Below, piece by piece: positions 25,022-37,930 of a stretch of 64,000 nt of DNA. The stretch's first letter is position 1, and each line of letters begins with the position of its first letter. The notes below the pieces were generated by a model. It saw nothing but the letters and a program-made list of their open reading frames with translations. It had not been told where the DNA came from and did no database searches. A program made the position numbers and the translations under genes. Origin of the DNA: Antedon mediterranea. Lineage: Eukaryota; Animalia; Echinodermata. The stretch lies in assembly GCF_964355755.1 (NCBI RefSeq), contig NC_092675.1, forward strand, positions 5,699,812 through 5,763,811. The letters are read 5' to 3'.

Positions 25022-28000
25022 TTAGACAAATGTTTGCTTGTAACTGTCAGATTCTGATGTTTTTTCATCCACTTCACCAGGTATTTCTCCATTTGTAGCG
25101 TTGGTTGCCAAGTCTGGAACTTTCTCATCCGCCATCACCTCAACATATTCATGAAGTGTATTTTCTGGTAGTGCATTGCTTTGCAGAAGCTTTGGTCCAG
25201 TCAACATGATTAGGATTGCACCAATAGGAGCAGTGAGGAGGATGACAAGAACTGCTATTGTTAAGATCTGTGAATGTAAAGATTGCACCAATAGGAACAG
25301 TGAGGAGAATGACAAGAACTGCTATTGTTAAGATCTGTGAATGTAAAGATTGCACCAATAGGAGCAGTGAGGAGAATGACAAGAACTGCTATTGTTAAGA
25401 TCTGTGGATGTAAAGATTGCACCAATAGGAACAGTGAGGAGAATGACAAGAACTGATATTGTTAAGATTTGTGAATGTATTGTAAAGATTGCACCAATAG
25501 GAGCAGTGAGGAGAATGACAAGAACTGCTATTGTTAAGATCTGTGAATGTAAAGATTGTACCAATAGGAAGAGTGAGGAGAATGACAAGAACTGATATTG
25601 TTAAGATTTGTGAATGTAAAGATTGCACCAATAGGAGCAGTGAGGAGAATGATAAGAACTGCTATTGTTAAGATCTGTGAATGTAAAGATTGTACCAATA
25701 GGAACAGTGAGGAGAATGACAAGAACTGCTATTGTTAAGATCTGTGAATGTAAAGATTGCACCAATAGGAAGAGTGAGGAGAATGACAAGAACTGCTATT
25801 GTTAAGATCTGTGAATGTAAAGATTGCACCAATAGGAGCAGTGAGGAGAATGACAAGAACTGCTATTGTTAAGATCTGTGGATGTAAAGATTGCACCAAT
25901 AGGAACAGTGAGGAGAATGACAAGAACTGCTATTGTTAAGATCTGTGAATGTAAAGATTGCACCAATAGGAACAGTGAGGAGAATGACAAGAACTGCTAT
26001 TGTTAAGATCTGTGAATGTAAAGATTGCACCAATAGGAGCAGTGAGGAGGATGACAAGAACTGCTATTGTTAAGATCTGTGGATGTAAAGATTGCACCAA
26101 TAGGAACAGTGAGGAGAATGACAAGAACTGCTATTGTTAAGATCTGTGAATGTAAAGATTGCACCAATAGGAGCAGTGAGGAGAATGACAAGAACTGCTA
26201 TTGTTAAGATCTGTGAATGTAAAGATTGTACCAATAGGAAGAGTGAGGAGAATGACAAGAACTGATATTGTTAAGATTTGTGAATGTAAAGATTGCACCA
26301 ATAGGAGCAGTGAGGAGAATGACAAGAACTGCTATTGTTAAGATCTGTGAATGTAAAGATTGCACCAATAGGAACAGTGAGGAGAATGACAAGAACTGCT
26401 ATTGTTAAGATCTGTGAATGTAAAGATTGCACCAATAGGAGCAGTGAGGAGAATGACAAGAACTGCTATTGTTAAGATCTGTGAATGTAAAGATTGCACC
26501 AATAGGAGCAGTGAGGAGAATGACAAGAACTGCTATTGTTAAGATCTGTGAATGTAAAGATTGCACCAATAGGAGCAGTGAGGAGAATGACAAGAACTGC
26601 TATTGTTAAGATCTGTGGATGTAAAGATTGCACCAATAGGAGCAGTGAGGAGAATGACAAGAACTGCTATTGTTAAGATCTGTGGATGTAAAGATTGCAC
26701 CAATAGGAACAGTGAGGAGAATGACAGGAACTGCTATTGTTAAGATCTGTGAATGTAAAGATTGCACCAATAGGAGCAGTGAGGAGAATGACAAGAACTA
26801 ATATTGTTATGATCTGTGGAGGTTAAGATTGCATCAATAGGAGCAGTGAGGAGAATGACAAGAACTGCTATTTTTAAGATCTGTGAATGTAAAGATTGCA
26901 CCAATAGGAAGAGTGAGGAGAATGACAAGAACTGATATTGTTAAGATTTGTGAATGTAAAGATTGCACCAATAGTAACAGTCAGCAGAATGACAAGAACT
27001 GCTATTGTTAAGATCTGTGAATGTAAAGATTGCACCAAGAAAAGATCTGTGAATGATATCTTTGTTTTCTACACGATTTTTTTTTTTTTTTAAATAGAAC
27101 TGGAATTTACAATATGTTACTATCAAGAGGCTTAAAGTACAAATTAGGTTACCTCAAAACAAGATTAATGTAAATAATGTGTATAAGATAAGCCTACTAA
27201 GCAAAATAAACAATAACAAACATGATCAAAAAAATTTAGATTACTAAACAATATTGCATCATTTTAGGATAGATATCAGAGCTATCTATAAACCCAGATC
27301 TATAGCTGCTGGCAATAGTCCAGGTTTACTTCCTAATCATTTCTAATAGGTGCATTGAGCAATAAAACAATTGTATTTAACTTTGGTTTATGTTTATAGC
27401 AGTATTAAATATGCTGTCAAACAAAATACTGTAATTTACATGCTAAATGTATACAATGTCTTACTTGTCTTCCCAGATCTTCAAGGTGTTCTTCAGCCCC
27501 ACGTTCTCTTGCTGTATCCAAAGCAACTGATCCAATTGCAGCCTGTAATCAATAACATTTTATCCTTCTTATAATCTTTTTAGTAACATTTAAGATATTC
27601 GATTTAGTTGTGATGTTAGTATTTATAGTCTTTGCATAGTAAGTATATATTGTGGAATTATCAAAATGTACTGCTTCTCATGTAATAAAAGTATATTTGT
27701 AAATTATAATCAATTTTCCTTGACATTCTACGGTATTCTTGCTACCGTTATAATAACAGTTCTATAAATATTTTTAGGAAACAATATATTTTCCAACGTA
27801 ACAATCTACTGAGTGACATACCTGTACTGTAGCCTTAGGTAGCCAGGCTATTGCAACAAACACCTTCTCTTTAATAGTAAGACCAGCACCACTCACAGCC
27901 AGTATGGAGACTAATATTCGAGCAGTAAGACCAGTAAAAACAACAGCCAAACCTAGACCTATAAGCATACAATTGGTCATTTTTTAGGTGCGAGAGCTTC

Positions 28001-31000
28001 TACTGTATGATAAACACAGCAATTATTTATGAGAAAACTCAATATCTGCAGTCAATTCTTGCATTCAAATTTATCATACACATATTAAAAGTTTACGAAA
28101 TGTTCCTTACCAATTGATGATGGTTCAAGGTAGCTTAGTTTGACCTCTGCACCAATAAGGCCAAAAAGTAAAGGTTGAAATATTATCCACATGAATTCCA
28201 TCAATTTTTCAATTGGTTCCTAAAAGACAAAGGAAAAGAACAAAGGCTATACTTTTGAATCCTTCATCAATGAATTTGAACTAAGATTACCATTGTTATA
28301 AATGATTAACACAAAACAAAGTTAAGCTACACAAGGCAGTCAAAGAGAGACACTACCGATGTCTATTTTATTTTAGGTTATGTTGCAAGACGTCTTTATT
28401 ATTTACCTTATTTGGTTTCCAACCGTATCCAGCCACAAAAGCCATCGTAAGGCAACCTAAAGCACCTGCACCAGACAACTCGGCAACATTACTCCCAAAA
28501 ATATAAAACAGACCTGTACAAAACAGAAGCAGGAATCTCATAAACGAAACTTTAACCTTGAAAAAAGAAAAACAAGGAATGGGAATTGAGAACGATTTGA
28601 CTTCCACATTAGATGACATTATTGGTTGGCAAAGCAGAAGGTAGGCATTTAAGTGTACAAATTATTTACCTGATTTTGATTTGGTATATACCAAAGAATG
28701 ACACCAGACAAAACACCAACACTAACCCCAATGATTAACTCAAGTGGACCACGAAAAATGCTGTACAACAAGTTTCCTACCAAAAAAAAAAAAAAAAAAA
28801 TGACAATAAATTTCATTTCCCAAGATTTAAATTAGGTGAAATTAATTATTTTGAAACTAGCAAGCATTCAAGTACTACTAAATAAAACTATAAAATAAAA
28901 TGATTCCTTACATTTTTTTCAATTTTATAAATCAAAAACCATAACACAAAACAACCTGTATGCACAAAATATGGTAATGGCAGGGACATCCTGCAAAATA
29001 AGCATTCACTCTACCCCTAAGATATATCTTTAGGCAATGATAGTATACCTGTTGAAAATGCTGATCCAAGTAGCACACCAAACACACTAATGGCAAGGAC
29101 GTCATCACAACTAGCTGCAGCTATCACCAGTGTTGGGATACCTTTAGTGACTCCATATCCTCTATCTTGTAAACTTAGAAGGGTTGGTACAATCACAGCA
29201 GGCGTTACTGCTCCCAAGACAAACCTGATATAGAACAAAGTATTTCATTGGTCAAGTACATACTTAAAATCATAATCTTCCACATGGCACAAACAATACA
29301 TGTATGTCTAACAACAATTATGTTAAAATGTTTGAAAAATAGACAATGGTTTTTATACTACTGTAGGTATGTTATAAACATGTAGGGCCGGGTTATTTGT
29401 ACACAACATGATCATTATAATAATAGATAGGGATAACCCATTTAAACTGCCTCAGGTACACTCTAAATATTATTGCAGTTTACTTTCAATTAACCACAGG
29501 CGGATCCAAAGGGGTCTGTCTAATTTGTTTATAAAATAAAATGTACACAATAGATTCAGCACTTCATTTTACAAATGTTAGGTCCTAGCCATCCACCATC
29601 TCGATTTAAAAATCCTGGATTCACCAATGTTACTGGTAGAAGCTAATTCCAAGTTTGTGTTGAGTTACATGGTAATAAAAAATAATCCCTAAATATACTA
29701 TACCCCAACATAAATCCCCACACCCATGGGAAGCCCAGCAACAGGTTTGCAGTAATGCCTACTGTAACTGCTTCAGCTACACACGGCATACAGCATAAAC
29801 GGACACATACACAACTGAGACGCCGTAGTGCGTCAGCATCTAGGCCTAGCCCTGCACGAATCAGAATAACAACCAATGCCATGCTGCGCAGAGATGATGA
29901 CCATTCTGGGTAAATATCCTCAGCAAAGTTGATAGCTGGTACATTTCCAAGTAAAAATCCAACAATTAACATTCCTAAAATGAACAATCAATAAGCGAAA
30001 TATAAAACATTTTAATATTGATAGATAACAGTGTTTCCTAAAAAATAATTTATTATAATTAGCTATACAAAGGCCATAAAGCCATTAAAATCGATCCTTT
30101 ATATTAAATCTTCTAAAATAGGATCATATAATAATTATGATAATGCTGGTGATAATGATGTTGTCTTCTTAAATTCAGTTTTTAAAACATAAAATAACAA
30201 TTCACTTTCAGCCAAAATTAAAGATGGAATACATAATATCAATAATGATGCTGATATTGATGATGTTGAGCATGAGGGTTAACAATGGCTTAGTAGTTTT
30301 AAACATCCAGTCAAAAGCTCTGTCTACACTATCAAATTAGTTTGACAACAAAGCGTGATGTGCCCAATTATGCTAGTAATATGACATCATTATGATCATA
30401 CATGGGCACATCACATTTTGTTTTTACTTAAAGTTTGATAGTGTAGACAGAGCTTAATGTAATATTTCAAGGAAAATATTTGCGTTTAAGATTTTTCTGT
30501 AGATTGAAAATACTGTTTCTTTAATGTCTCTTAATCACACAGATCATATTTGAATCTAAAAAATTCAGAACATAATCCATTTTATTACATTGTTCTTCTT
30601 TAAACTTACCAAGAAGTTCGGGTAGCTTAATCAGTTGTATAAGAACACCACCAAGTTGACAAAGAACAACCAAAAGAAAGAGTCCAAATAAGTTTCCCCC
30701 AGGAAGCGCCTCCTCTCCTGTTATTGCCCACAGCATGCCCCAGCTTACACCCAATAGCAGAACACACAGCAAAAGGTTAGAGAATGTTCCATGAGGAGGG
30801 CACATCATTGCATATTTAAGCCGTTGCATTATGGTGGGATTTTGTCTGTGTTTATAATACTTTGACATCCATGGCTTAAAAGCAACCATGTAAGATTGTT
30901 TACAGTTACTGCAGCAACCATTGCTCTTGTCATCTTTTGAATTTTCGTTTAATTTTATGTTTCTTTCACAATTGATTTGCCCATCATCACTAATTGTGGC

Positions 31001-31078
31001 CAATCTTATTTGTATAGAATTTATTGTGTTGTTATCTGTCTCCTCCATCTTTCTGTTTGTAGCCTCCATAGATGCCAT
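25022..31078 (-). CDS. SLC9B2: Sodium/hydrogen exchanger SLC9B (NHA1/NHA2 family), about 580 aa
   Basis: Nine phase-consistent coding exons: 31078-30610, 29974-29704, 29224-29049, 28776-28670, 28556-28407, 28219-28111, 27958-27822, 27542-27465, 25267-25022 (1743 nt). Family motifs: CPPHG, LPGGNLFGL, ILIRAGLGLD, GAVTPAVIVP, IAAASCDDVLAI (di-aspartate), FQPLLFGLIG, AWLPKATVQAAIG, ILLTAPIG. Symbol denotes the SLC9B1/B2 family, not proven 1:1 orthology. Confidence 0.93.
25214..27055 (-). repeat. 67-bp tandem array (about 27 copies) of the SLC9B last splice acceptor plus first 54 nt of the terminal exon
   Basis: Unit on - strand: tttacattcacag|ATCTTAACAATAGCAGTTCTTGTCATTCTCCTCACTGCTCCTATTGGTGCAATC; explains the ladder of 62-aa ORFs spaced 67 bp apart. 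Confidence 0.95.
30316..30454. mobile_element. MITE, PIF/Harbinger-like, in SLC9B intron
   Basis: 21-bp perfect TIR AGCTCTGTCTACACTATCAAA / TTTGATAGTGTAGACAGAGCT, followed by TAA. Confidence 0.7.
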
Positions 31079-32480
31079 ATCTTTGTAAAAATTGTGAAAA
31101 AAAGTGTCATGACACTAGTGATAATAAAGAATTAAATTATTTACAAACCACTAAAGCCTCCTTCATTTGATTTAGCACACTAAATTAGAAAATATACACT
31201 AAAAAATAGAAAAAAAAAATTTACTGATTAACACTATATTAATATACTTTCCTTTACAAAAATGAAAGTATAGTATTATTAACTAAACATTTTAGGCTAG
31301 CTAGGAAAGGAGTTGAAACACAATGCCATTTTATGTTGTTGAGTGGAATAGATTTCTTAGACTGGTGGTGGACCATTGTCACTTATCAGTATGTCGGGTA
31401 TACAATATCGTCCAATGTGTCTCATCAATTTGTCAATGACTGATTTTGCAGTGGTGGAGTGTAGATGGTGGAGTGTAGATGGTCTACTTCCCAAAAATTG
31501 GAGTAGTAGAATACTGTTATCAAGTAGTCCTTTCCATTAAAATGGAACAAATCAACTCCAATTTTTTCCCATGGGCGTTCAGGAAACTCATGACTCTTTA
31601 GTGACTTTGATGCTTGAGAGATACTATGCTAATTGCATGTTTCGCACCGTTCTATGCACTGCTTGACTTCTTCATTCATGTTGGGCCTGTAGACTTGTTC
31701 TCTAGCTCGGCGTAATGTTGATTCAACACCATGTGACCAATGTGGAGGTATTGATAGATTTTCCCCCGAAAGACTAAATCATCGTATATGCTTAGCCCAT
31801 CTCTCATGCTGAAGTATGGTTTCAGTCTCTGGTCTAGCTGATTCTTATGATCAGGCCATCTGTTTCAGATGCAATTCTTCAGCATATGCTGGACCTCGTC
31901 ATGTGCCATTTTGTGGCCTGGGAGGGTTAAATGTTGTACAGCGTTTAACTACCTCAAGTCTGCAATGAGATTGTTTCGTCCTTGCATGTACTTGATCATA
32001 GCATCATAAGCTAAAGCACGAAGGAGCATCGATGGTGTTCTCGTCTTAGGTAATTTTTTAGGTTGCCGGGGTCTATGCATATTCTGAGGCTACCAGATTT
32101 CTTTTTGGCCACTGACATCTGACTCACCCAATCAGTTGGCTCGTTTATTCTGCTTAAAATGTTCTGTTCGACCATTTTTCCAATTTTCATTTTCACCTCA
32201 GGTTTGAGGGCTTCAGGAATACCTCTTGGTGGTCTTACAATGGGCATGCTATCTTTACTTATAGTGATGTGAACTTTACCTCCAGGTAGGACTCCTGTCT
32301 TTGTGTCATCAAATACCTCCTTATATTCTTGAATGAAGCCAGGTAGAGTGTACTTTTGTAGTTATCTGTCTGTTATCAATCCCATTTGTTCGGTTGCCGT
32401 TCATCTTAAGATAGGCGTAAAGTCTTTCTCCACGACCACACAATGAAAATTGTACTGCTTCCCATTCGAGGTTTTTTTTA

Positions 32481-33191
32481 TTGGTTATCCGCACTTGGCG
32501 GATAACCCCTTGTTATTGTCAGGATTTTTTTTCTATCTTATTCTTCTTTCTTTCCCAGAATTCTGTGTCACGTGTATCTCTTATCAACATTACATTGTAT
32601 AACTTTAACTGTAGAAGTGCAGGAAACTATTAATTTCAACTTTCTACGCGTTTCATGTAATTTTAAGCGTGTCAAAAATTCCCACGTGCTGGAATCTGTT
32701 GAATTGTAGATACGAATTCATGTACAAATTTTGAGCATCGGATGTTGTGATGACATCATATGGCCAGTTGAATTATAAAAGTCATATTTTCATATTTTGC
32801 GTCATAGTTCATGACATTTAAAAGAGCGTGCATCTATATTCTACGTATCTAAATTTTTTCAACACGTTAATAATATGTTGTTGCTCAGATAATTCCCACC
32901 CAAAATTGCAATCTATGTGTTTCATTTTGATGACGCCATCATGTTAAAATTTGGAATAAAAGGGGGGTCCCATTATTTTCACCTATTCTGCACTGTACAT
33001 TTAGTATGTATACAGTAGTGTATACTGTACGTATATATACTTAGACACAAAAAAAGAGAGGGCACACAAACATTTTATTTTCTTCAGGTCACAATGGCAT
33101 AATCGTTTTTCTGTGCGCAATATTCTAACGTATGACATGCATGTGGCGTTTGCACGGCGGATAACGTCTATAGTGACGAGTTCAAATCTAG
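32481..33191 (+). mobile_element. Helentron-associated/DINE-1-like non-autonomous element
   Basis: 5' GGTTATCCGC...GCGGATAACC inverted pair, repeated subterminal GCGGATAAC near the 3' end, terminal CTAG, inserted in a T-run inside the Gypsy relic. Confidence 0.6.
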
Positions 33192-33219
33192 TTTTTATTT
33201 TGGTTCTGCCAATTGCATT

Positions 33220-35676
33220 TGTTATGCGCGATTTCAACGATTTGCGCAATTTGAAATTGCGCAAAAAAATCCTTGCGCAATTTCAAATTGCGCAAAGAAT
33301 TCTTGCGCAATTTAAAATTGCGCAAGGATTTTTTTGCGCAATTTCAAATTGCGCAATCAACTTGCGCAAGAAAATCTTTGCGCAATTTTAAATTGCGCTG
33401 CACAATTTGTAAATTGCGCAAGATAGTTCTTGCGCAATATGACACCTTTGCGCAATTTGAAAACGAACTGTAAATTTTCCCATACATGGCTAGGCTAGGC
33501 CTAGGCAGAGGAGTTTAAAATTTAGTATTTTATTATATAAATAAGACCATTTCAATGAAGATAATGTTTAATAATACTCGCTTTTTAAGTTTATAATATT
33601 AGTTTAAGCTAGGCCATGTAACCTAGTCAGTATCAGTAGTCCAGACCCTAGCTAAACTAGAGTAGTATAGCCGGCCGCCCGCGCCGCGCCCGCCTGGTGG
33701 AACACCACCGCTTCGTTTTCCTTCGTTGGTTCTTCGACGGTATGCTAACTTATAACAATATTTGCACTACTAAAATAAGGAAATGCGATATTTATCTTTA
33801 ATTTTGAATCATTCTTAGAAATTACTATAAAAATATGGGTGTGCATGATTTCACAATCTGTCGAAAAACCTTGCGCAATTTGCAGATTACTTGCGCAATT
33901 TAATACGTTGCTTGCGCAATTTGAAACACATGTTTCAATTCAAATTGCGCAAGGATTTTTTTTGCGCAATTTCAAATTGCGCAAATCGTTCAAATCGCGC
34001 ATAACACATTCATTTTAAGTGTCTTAATGTACTTTATTTCTTCTTAATGTTGGTTGCATATGTTATGCGCGATTTGAACGATTTGCGCAATTTCAAATTG
34101 CGCAAAAAAATCCTTGCGCAATTTGAAATTGCGCTAAGAATTCTTGCGCAATTTAAAATTGCGCAAGGATTTTTTTGCGCAATTTGAAATTGCGCAATCA
34201 ACTTGCGCAATTTAAAATTGCGCAAGAAAATCTTTGCGCAATTTTAAATTGCGCTGCACAATTTGTAAATTGCGCAAGATAGTTCTTGCGCAATATGACA
34301 CCTTTGCGCAATTTGAAAACGAACTGTAAATAGTTCAAGATAGTTCTAGGCCTAGGCAGAGGAGTTTAAAATTTAGTATTTTATTATAAATAAATAAGAC
34401 CATTTCAATGAAGATAATGTTTAATACTCACTTTTTAAGTTTTTAATATTAGTTTAAGCTAGGCCATGTAACCTAGTCAGTATCAGTAGTCCAGACCCTA
34501 GCTAGGCTAGAGTAGTATAGCCGGCCGCCCGCGCCGCGCCCGCCTGGTGGAACACCACCGCTTCGTTTTCCTTCGTTGGTTCTTCGACGGTATGCTAACT
34601 TATAACAATATTTGCACTACTAAAATAAGGAAATGCGATATTTATCTTTAATTTTGAATCATTCTTAGAAATTACTATAAAAATATGGGTGTGCATGATT
34701 TCACAATCTGTCGAAAAACCTTGCGCAATTTGCAGATTACTTGCGCAATTTAATACGTTGCTTGCGCAATTTGAAACACATGTTTCAATTCAAATTGCGC
34801 AAGGATTTTTTTTGCGCAATTTCAAATTGCGCAAATCGTTCAAATCGCGCATAACACATTCATTTTAAGTGTCTTAATGTACTTTATTTCTTCTTAATGT
34901 TGGTTGCATATGTTATGCGCGATTTGAACGATTTGCGCAATTTCAAATTGCGCAAAAAAATCCTTGCGCAATTTAAAATTGCGCAAGGATTTTTTTGCGC
35001 AATTTGAAATTGCGCAATCAACTTGCGCAATTTAAAATTGCGCAAGAAAATCTTTGCGCAATTTTAAATTGCGCTGCACAATTTGTAAATTGCGCAAGAT
35101 AGTTCTTGCGCAATATGACACCTTTGCGCAATTTGAAAACGAACTGTAAATAGTTCAAGATAGTTCTAGGCCTAGGCAGAGGAGTTTAAAATTTAGTATT
35201 TTATTATAAATAAATAAGACCATTTCAATGAAGATAATGTTTAATACTCACTTTTTAAGTTTTTAATATTAGTTTAAGCTAGGCCATGTAACCTAGTCAG
35301 TATCAGTAGTCCAGACCCTAGCTAGGCTAGAGTAGTATAGCCGGCCGCCCGCGCCGCGCCCGCCTGGTGGAACACCACCGCTTCGTTTTCCTTCGTCGGT
35401 TCTTCGACGGTATGCTAACTTATAACAATATTTGCACTACTAAAATAAGGAAATGCGATATTTATCTTTAATTTTGAATCATTCTTAGAAATTACTATAA
35501 AAATATGGGTGTGCATGATTTCACAATCTGTCGAAAAACCTTGCGCAATTTGCAGATTACTTGCGCAATTTAATACGTTGCTTGCGCAATTTGAAACACA
35601 TGTTTCAATTCAAATTGCGCAAGGATTTTTTTTGCGCAATTTCAAATTGCGCAAATCGTTCAAATCGCGCATAACA
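33220..35676. mobile_element. Three tandem MITEs (33220-34006, 34061-34856, 34911-35676) with TGT...ACA termini and 4-bp TSDs (Ginger-like)
   Basis: Long TIRs TGTTATGCGCGATTTSAACGATTTGCGCAAT..., dense TTGCGCAA subterminal palindromes, flanks catt/catt, cata/catt, cata/cata, identical 54-bp spacers. Confidence 0.8.
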
Positions 35677-36362
35677 CATATTTCTTAGGAATCAGGTTCA
35701 CTGTTGCTCCACTATCAATTGTATTGTATGGGTTTGTTGTGGATTTCCATGTTGCATAGTATTGGTTTACCTTGGTTGGTTCGGACCGCGTTGACAGTTC
35801 CTAGACAGCTAGAGGGCCTACTAGGTCTAGCCTATACTAGCTAGGCCTACTATACTACTACTAGATAGTAATGAGTAAGACACTCTAAAGTTAAGGCCTA
35901 GGCGGGAACCTGTTTGGGGCCGGGTAGGATTGGCCTACTCTACTCGCCTAGGCCTAGGCAGTCTAGTTCCCTTTTGCACCTATTTTTATTTTATCCTGAA
36001 TACCACACCTTAGAATTAGTAATTTTATAAAAGTTCTTTAAATTGGTGATTTTACAAACGTGTTTCTCGCACACACTGTTCGCAGATCGCATACAGAGCT
36101 CCACATGTTCATTATTTTTGTTTCTATGGAGCGCCAAAAGAGCAACAATAATTAATTGGTATTCACAAAGGCTCTAACCTAATTTCCCCTTATCTTACTT
36201 ACTATAGTGTAAATAGTTTTCTTTAAAAACTTGTTTTATAAGATTTTTAAATTGCTGGCGTTGCACTAACGACCTCCCAAACATTACCCACTATAAAAGA
36301 ATATCACAACACAACGTGTTTACAATCATCATGTTTATTTATATAGCATAAACCTCCCGTAC

Positions 36363-37560
36363 CTTTTTTCTCTTTTACTGGGTGTGTCCCACATTTATCA
36401 CTATCAGTTTCTACTAATATCTCTTGTTATCTTCCATTATATTCATTTTCTCTTATAATTTTTAATTCTTGCAAACACATTCATAAAAGTTATGTTTATT
36501 TCTTTTCTCAGTATCAATCGGTTTTTACAGTATTTGCATGCACATGCATGCACATTTTCTCTATACTTAATACAGAATAGAATTTGTGAATTAGCTTTTC
36601 TATAGCATATTAACATATAGTAAATATATATTTTCCATGTTACAAAGGTTATACACGAATACAAACTCTTTTAATTACCGTAGTTAATAATATTCGCAGA
36701 TGACAAGGTAGACAAGGTAGGTAGGAAATATTCACAATTCTCTCTTAACCATATAATTTTCCTTTCAATCAAGCCTCTTTTCAATATTTGTTTTAGTATT
36801 TGTTTTATAATGCTCTTCTCTTCATTTGTAAAAATGTCGAGATGTAACCTGAATTTTAATTCATTTAAAACAATTATATATTGAATTATTACTTCCATAA
36901 GTATTTTACGTTTGTATAAACAGAAAATTACAAAAGTTCCGATTTTTATAAGATCATTTTCATTTTTTTTGAAAAAGAAAGTTACTGTATGTAGGCCTAA
37001 GTTAAACTGAGTAAGATTAAAATTCTTAAAGTAACTGTATATTTTGTTCATGATGGCTATCGCTATTTTACATTTTTCGAAAACATGAATTTCATTTTCA
37101 GTTACCTTGCATTTTTCACAATCTTTACAGTCTTTAATTTTCCAATACACTAATTTTTCATTAGTTGATAGAATCTTATGTAACAATTTAAATAATTATA
37201 CATTCTGATATCTTTTTCTCTTTAATGGTAATAACATTTGCAAGCCATACATTTTCTCATTCTGTATTTTCATTTGCATTCTGTATTTTTCGTTTTCCCA
37301 TTTATTTTGTGATGATTTTTCTGATTCAACAGATTGATTATATGCATCTTTACATGTCTTAACCTTTTCATTTTTATATACATTATTATTTTCTACACTT
37401 AATAGTCTAAACCAATCTTTAGGAATAGCTTTCTTAATACAATAATACTCTATTATACTCTATATAATACTTTATTATTTATTCTTCAACTTATTACATC
37501 TTCTCTATTGAAATTAGTTTGTCTTTTTTCTCTTGAAATTAGTCTTCAATTCCGTAAGTC
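36363..37560 (-). mobile_element. 5'-truncated L1/Tx1-like LINE (ORF2 C-terminus plus 3' UTR)
   Basis: ORF 36671-37186 contains KILSTNEKL..W..CEKCKVTENEIHVFEKC (CCHC region); A-rich 3' end near 36363. Confidence 0.75.
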
Positions 37561-37599
37561 AATTTTTAAAATATAGTGATTCACCTTTAATAGTACATC

Positions 37600-37807
37600 C
37601 CGTACACAAACCTATACATGTTGTTTCAGCATCGACAACCATTCAGTGTTCGGGGCAAACCTGAATTTGGTTTAATTGTCTAACTTAACCTAATTAGTGT
37701 ACTGGTTTTCATTTAGTGTTAAAAATCAGTACCGAAAATATGTATTATATATCTTCGAGAAAATATGATAGAAGTTTTACCGAATTTTACCCTTACGTAA
37801 ATGTAGA
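37600..37807 (-). mobile_element. Degenerate 5' fragment of Helitron family H1
   Basis: Reverse strand reads tctacatttacgtaagggtaaaattcggtaaa ... ttcggtactgatttt ... tttgcccc, matching 12722 onward. Confidence 0.6.
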
Positions 37808-37930
37808 TTAATTCTTTTAAAATCCATAATTATATTATGGACATCTTCACTCGTCATTTGAGCATAACATTGGACAAGTTTAAACACATTCTTCTTAAAG
37901 TCATAGACTGTCTAAGATTCGAATTTGTTT

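Larger units (their letters stand above)
31345..35730 (-). mobile_element. Degenerate Ty3/Gypsy pol relic (protease, RT N-part, integrase), interrupted by nested insertions
   Basis: Protease IDSGATVNLIPK (about 35685-35720); RT start EPTDWVSQMSVAKKKSGSLRICIDP (ORF 32011-32247); integrase PERPWEKIGVDLFHFNGKDYLITV...SDNGPP (about 31365-31590); stops, frameshifts and large deletions. Confidence 0.85.

Noticed and set aside
25214-27055. CRISPR array, or family of 62-aa small proteins
   Set aside because: No unique spacers and eukaryotic context; the ORFs use non-ATG starts and are by-products of the 67-bp repeat.
33001-34225. ORFs with LRNLKLRK/AQFQIAQ repeats
   Set aside because: Translations of TTGCGCAA repeats in MITE arms.
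35771-35960. Putative SLC9B 5' UTR exon and promoter (donor-like CAAG|gtaaac on -; ctaggcct-rich)
   Set aside because: Plausible but cannot be distinguished from repeat-derived sequence without transcript data.
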